A stretch of 64,000 nt of DNA, taken from positions 325,194-389,193 of the forward strand of contig BFEA01000016.1 in the NCBI GenBank assembly GCA_003427395.1. Reading direction: 5' to 3'. Source of the stretch: Chara braunii. Its lineage: Eukaryota > Plantae > Charophyceae. The notes below the pieces were generated by a model. That model was not told where the DNA came from. It made no database searches and saw only the letters and a program-made list of their open reading frames with translations. A program made the translations under genes and the position numbers. Each line of letters begins with the position of its first letter. The first letter of the stretch is position 1. Shown piece by piece: positions 58,536 to 64,000 of the stretch.

Positions 58536-59499
58536 GTAGGTTGCAGCCGGAGTTTTTTCTTTGTTTTTTTTTGTTTTTCTTTTTTTTGGCGCATAGGCCA
58601 TGCTTATATTCTCTGTACCCTATCAACGGGCGTAGCTGAGTTGGTACACCCCTGAACTGTTGAAATACAGACTCAGGGCATCACCACACCACTCTAGAAA
58701 TGTCCAAAATGAGAATGAACTTCCTGCTAGAACATGGCCAGATGCACCCGCCACATTTTTGTCTTTTCAACATTTGAGAGTGGTACGGCGGGGCCCTCAA
58801 CCTTGAATCCAGATGCCCTCAGATGAAGAGAACAAAGTCATTCTGAATTGCCTGGGGCCGGTCAGAGGAATGATGACATCTGGTGTACCTTTCCCTGCTC
58901 TAACAGAAAATTCACTCTCATAGCGCTGTGTTTTTCTGTTTTTTTTAGGTCGTAGACGCCAGAGATCTACATTCGCTTGAGCCTCAGAAACATGAAACAT
59001 GTGGCTGTCAGTGGGGTGACAGCCATGGCCGTAGGCATATCTACCCACTTCAGGCTCTCTCCTCTCCCCTCCCTGGGCCTTGTTATGTCGTAGCTGCTGC
59101 CGTTGTCTCTGTGTCTGACGACCACGGAGGCAGTTGACTGATGCTCTTGCAATATGCCTCTCCAATCCTCCATCGTGGAGTAGCAGTTGCCTGCCGTCGT
59201 GTCCTGTTCAGCTGATCTCCATCTCCTTTGTTTTCTGTATCGGCTGTCCACCAGGGTGTTCTTCCAGTGCTGGGTGGGGGGAACGGGGGGGAGAGGGGAC
59301 GGAGAGAAAGGGGGTATCTGGCCGTCGTCGGCGCTGCTGNNNNNNNNNNNNNNNNNNNNNNNNNNNNNNNNNNNNNNNNNNNNNNNNNNNNNNNNNNNNN
59401 NNNNNNNNNNNNNNNNNNNNNNNNNNNNNNNNNNNNNNNNNNNNNNNNNNNNNNNNNNNNAGGGGTGCGGGTGGCCAGGGGAGGGGTGAATAAGGACAA

Positions 59500-60010
59500 T
59501 AAGGCAAGAGGTAGTGGTATCAATCTCGCAAACTTGGAAAACCTGTCAACAGTAAATGGGAAGAAAAGAATTGTGGTAATTGTTGACACATCTTGACAGG
59601 TTTTCCAAGTTTGCGAGATTGATACCACTACCTATAAATCTTGGACATCATAGGGAAGGATCATGATGGGCCATCTTCCGTGATATCTATCCCGCCTCAT
59701 CTTCTTACTCACCCTGTTTTTCGTGCGTTGAAGTTTTGGCCTTTCGTACAAAGCGATCAATTTCCTTCCCGCAGATTAATGCTGTCCTCAATCATAAGTG
59801 AAGGTTATGTGGATATGGATTGAATTGTGGAGCAAAGACAGTTACCTATGTAGAAGCCGCGGCCCAGAGGAAGATCACCAAGACACAGTTACAATTTAGG
59901 GTGATGTTCAAGCGTCATGAGGATTTAAAGGGAGGACCGGTGGTTTATAACGTAAGAACTCGTTAAGACTACATCCCAAGTTGTTTTACATTATGAAAAG
60001 GCTCTGAAAT
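59500..60010 (+). mobile_element. Ty3/chromovirus integrase C-terminal remnants
   Basis: Plus strand has IPPHLLTHPVF (GPY/F module) followed by a degenerate chromodomain-like segment. Minus strand has VDRFSKFARLIP (integrase core) at ~59510-59550. Confidence 0.55.
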
Positions 60011-60254
60011 GGAAGTAACAACCAACAGATTAGGATTCTGCGTAGGGCTTCAGACCCTAGGGGGTAGAAGTGCAAGGTTGTATGCCTCTGTGATGTCCAA
60101 TAGGGGCCGCCTACACCGATTTTCCCTGAAGGCTGACTGTAAAAATGTAACAGTTGGGCAGAAGACAAACTGCCATAGCATATGGAAGCTGGCGGATGTT
60201 GTTCGAAAGCTCCTGACGCTAGAAGAGGACAGTCCCCGATGACGCAACCACTAT

Positions 60255-61175
60255 GGGTGAATGGGTCCTCAAATTTTCAAATTTGAAACAAATGAAGCTC
60301 ATTTCAGATGTGAAAAATAGTGCTTTTTTTCCCATGTGATTTTCATGTTTGAATGTGGGATTTTGAGAAGAAAGTCCTCTTGAAATCCGGGTTTTTATTA
60401 TTTTCATAAGTTTTGTTATCCTCAAATTTATAGATGTGAAACAAATGAAGCCCATTTCATATGTGAAAAATAATGTTTCTTTTAGGTCATTTTCATGTCT
60501 CGGTGTGAAATTGAAGAGATGGGGTCCTTTGAAATCTGGTTTCACCTATTTAAGCTGTTTTGATTTTTTTCAATTGTCATCAAATTTTTATTTTTTCATA
60601 AATTTTTTTTTATCCTCAAATTTATAGATGTGAAACAAATGAAGCCCATTTCATATATGAAAAATAATGTTTCTTTTAGGTCATTTTCATGTCTCAGTGT
60701 GAAAATTGGAGAGATGGGGTCCTCTGAAATCTGGTTTCACCTATTTAATTGCCATCTAAGCATTAAACATCAATGTGAAACCTTTGAAATGACATGAAGT
60801 GGATGGACTTTCTAAAACCAGTTTCAACTGCCCTTACCCAAGCATCAATCATCAACTTGAAACCGATGAAATAACACGAAGTGGCTGAAACTTTTGAAAA
60901 CGGTTTCAGTTCCCCTCATCTCTGATGCTTAGATGAGGGAAACTGAAACCGTTTTTATAAGGTTTAGTTATTTCAGATTATTTGAGCAGTTTCACATGCT
61001 GAGACTTGAAATCGGCAAAATGATCTAAAAAGATTGAAACTTCTGACACCGCTTTCAGGTCCCCCCATCGAAGCATGCGTTTGAAATGGCGCCGATGACC
61101 TCAAGTGGCTTAAACCTTTTCGGACTGATCTTAGGTGCCCCCACCCAAGCATCAATCATCGATGTACAAAATTTG
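60255..61175. repeat. AT-rich modular repeat with a central hairpin
   Basis: Recurrent CCTCAAATTTATAGATGTGAAACAAATGAAGCCC units; 25-bp stem hairpin at 60897-60955. Confidence 0.75.
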
Positions 61176-61339
61176 CGTTGATGGTATATCCTCCTCGTCA
61201 TGATGAAGAAGAAGAAGAGTTGGAGAGAGTGATGAAGAAGAATGTTGTCAAGCAAGAGGCAACAACAAATACACACATCTCACACTCACTTTATAGACGA
61301 GAGATTTCAAGATTCAACAACGCAAAATGAGAATGAAAC

Positions 61340-63900
61340 AGATTGCAGTTGGGGTATACCCCCACCGGATGGATTGAACTGGATTGCCCAAACGATACTG
61401 ACGACGGTGTCGAGCGCATCGGCTTCCACTTTCTTTTCGCAAAAGGCGAGAGTCCTCCTGATCATGTCATGCAAAAGTTTACAAAACAAAAACAAGAGAC
61501 AACCTCGCGACAACGCATAAGTAATTCCGTGAACCGCCGAAACAGGATTGCGTTGTCATCTTGCCGCTTTAGCCGGGTGCGCCAACTGTACTTCTCGCGG
61601 TCCCCTACTGCATGATAGGTTCCCGAGAGGCCCAACTTACCTTCCTTAAGGGGTTGTCACCACCCTTAAGGGCGTTTCCCTACCGAGCTACTGACCTACA
61701 TGCGAAAGTTTTTAAATGCAATTTGCCGAGGCAGGTCAGCCGAGGATGTTTGCTCGTTCGCTGTAATATAGATACGCGCAGTTAGAACACCATCTGAACC
61801 CGAACGTCGTCAACTCCTTGAGGCGTTGATCTTCCAAGTACAAAGTGGGCGTCGACCGACTAGGACGGTCTCAACGAAACGTGAAACCGACTAGCATCCT
61901 AGTCCCTTAAACACATAACTCGAAGAGAAAAAATTACCATAATCAAACTATATCGAAAAATATCGACTATTAGTCGATTGGAAAAGACATATGAATTCAA
62001 CATGAGTTGAATCAATAACAGAAATAACTCGAGCATCACGAGATAAGACCAATAACGCAAGATTGAAATAAAAAATACCCAACCACCTCAGGTTGAACTC
62101 GATAAAAAAACAAATAAATCTACTGAGCTACCAACGGGGAGTTGATTTCGACAATAACCTCGAGGCGACCGACAAGGTAGCCGCACTTCCTCAGTTTTGA
62201 CTCGATATTTGCGCCGTCAAAGTCATCCGTTGCACCTTACCGCCAACCTAAGACTAGATACACACACACCCGCCTTCATACGTTTTGGTATTCTTTTGAT
62301 GAGAGACTGCTTTGTGGATGATTCTTGATCAGGTGCATTACTTGAAGTGTTGCATGTCCAACCCTCTAAGAAGTGTTTCGGGTTACTCCTCCTCCTCGTC
62401 CGAGCACTAAGCTCGGATCTTAGTAGTCGGGTCGTCTCCACCGAATCGGCAAAATACCCCCCCGTAGAACGGTCCACTCTGGGTTGATAACAGGGTCGGC
62501 TCCTAAAGCAACGAGCCCCCGCCCCAGATTCTTCCTATACAGAGAACCCGTCCATCGCGAGTAAATTTTAATCGTTCTCGTTTTTCCGAAGCTAAGGGTA
62601 GTAACTGAGACGAGAAATGTCAGAAGAGGTTGAGGATGAAAATCATTTAAACAAGTATAAACATATAAGGTCATTTGAGATAGAAAGAGTAATTTCAAGA
62701 AAAAACATAAATCCGTTTGACCTTGTCTTCTTTATTTGAATCAAATCCCTCTTATGACAAGCACTGGATTAATTTTTTTCAGACCAATAGGTCTTTCCGA
62801 CCAGCATGTAGGTAATAGGTAGAAAGAAGACAATCATGTTTACCAGCCCTAAGTAGGCACAACCAATCTTCCTTGCAAACATTCATCTACCTGCATGCGC
62901 ACCAACAGTCCAACAATCCCATTCTCCCGTCAAATCTCCATTCTTCAATGCATGACCACACATCTTCTACCCTACCTTTTTCCTTTGAAATCTTCAATGA
63001 AATGCAGGGTTGAACAAAGTGTGGAAACACGCAGATGTGAAAGGAATCTGAGTGACAAACTAACCTTGAGTGAAGTAGTAGTGTCGAGTGCGCCTTGGAT
63101 CACTAAAAAAAAACAAGAAAATTATACATGTCGCCGAAGAAAACCTGCAGTCCCGAGGCAAGTTTCAGTTCAACAACTAGTCCCAATGCGTTCCTAACTT
63201 GCATGTCCCACACGTGGTAGTCCCAAGTGTGAAGATGACGAGCCGTACACATCCCTCCCCTACAAAAATAAAACAAAAATTGTCGGTCCCACGTTAGTGT
63301 CAACTGGTCTCCAGCGGTTCAAAATGGTTTCACACCACCGACCACCCGACTGCGAAAACTGTTTGCACCGCCCACTCCAAAAAAAATAAAACACCCGCGT
63401 ATCAAACCTGCCGCCGCCAATTCTCAGCAATCACTGCGCCGCCCGCATGCTTCCACCATACTTAAAAAAAAAAAAAAGTACTCGAATGTCGTTCCGCTGG
63501 CTGCCAATTTCGCCCACGCACTCCCGCCAGTCCCTACAGTCTCAGGTGGTCATGTGCCGCTGCAGTTATCAAAACCGCTCACTCTTTGTGTGCTCCAAAA
63601 ACAAAACAAAGGCAGTCCCGAACGCTGAAACCTCAAGCAGCACATGCTCTCAATCACCAGTGCGCCGCTCCATCGTGTCCCAACGGGTCCCTGAGCACCC
63701 TGCAGTACCGCCACTGGATCACACACAAAAAAGAAGTTCATCGTGCCAAAACTTTAACAACACCTCCCTTCAAATTACTGCCGCCAAACGCGCCGCAAAA
63801 TGGGCAGCATTTTCTCACCGAAAAACGCTACCATTGTCGTACCGTAAAAATGGCAATACCTCCCCTCCAGAATGAGGATCAACCCACTGCAAACTAGACT
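61340..63900 (-). pseudogene. Unidentified coding repeat family, copy C
   Basis: Inverted homolog of 33600-36310. Confidence 0.7.
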
Positions 63901-64000
63901 GCCGACACCTCTAGCAGCGCCGCCTTGAAGCTGCCGTTGCTGATGAAAAACCTATCGTTAACTTAACAAAATATTTAACCTGGATAAAATTCAGGTTCAA

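Overview
Eukaryotic, repeat-rich nuclear DNA with six N-gaps. It looks like a streptophyte alga such as Chara; this is inferred from the PSTALRE-type CDKB, long repeat-filled introns and Chlamys-type Penelope-like elements. The only clearly intact protein gene is an 8-exon B-type cyclin-dependent kinase (CDKB, 7816-16469, +, 303 aa). The rest is mostly decayed mobile DNA: a 5'-inverted L1/Tx1-type LINE with a triplicated breakpoint, a second LINE fragment interrupted by a TTAA-flanked TIR element, Ty3-type integrase/chromodomain remnants, MITEs, tRNA-derived SINEs, a telo-box foldback and several tandem repeats. Three things stand out. (1) A near full-length Penelope-like element has the permuted GIY-YIG-then-RT order and two tandem minimal hammerhead ribozymes at its 3' end; a second Penelope-like fragment has its own degenerate hammerhead. 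(2) A ~2.6 kb cluster (29.4-32.0 kb) is built largely from structured-RNA relics: two opposed LSU rRNA fragments, an array of tRNA-like heads and the probable 5' domain of a group IIB intron. (3) Three decayed copies of an unidentified coding repeat family are present. All homology calls come from motif recognition by eye; no searches were run.
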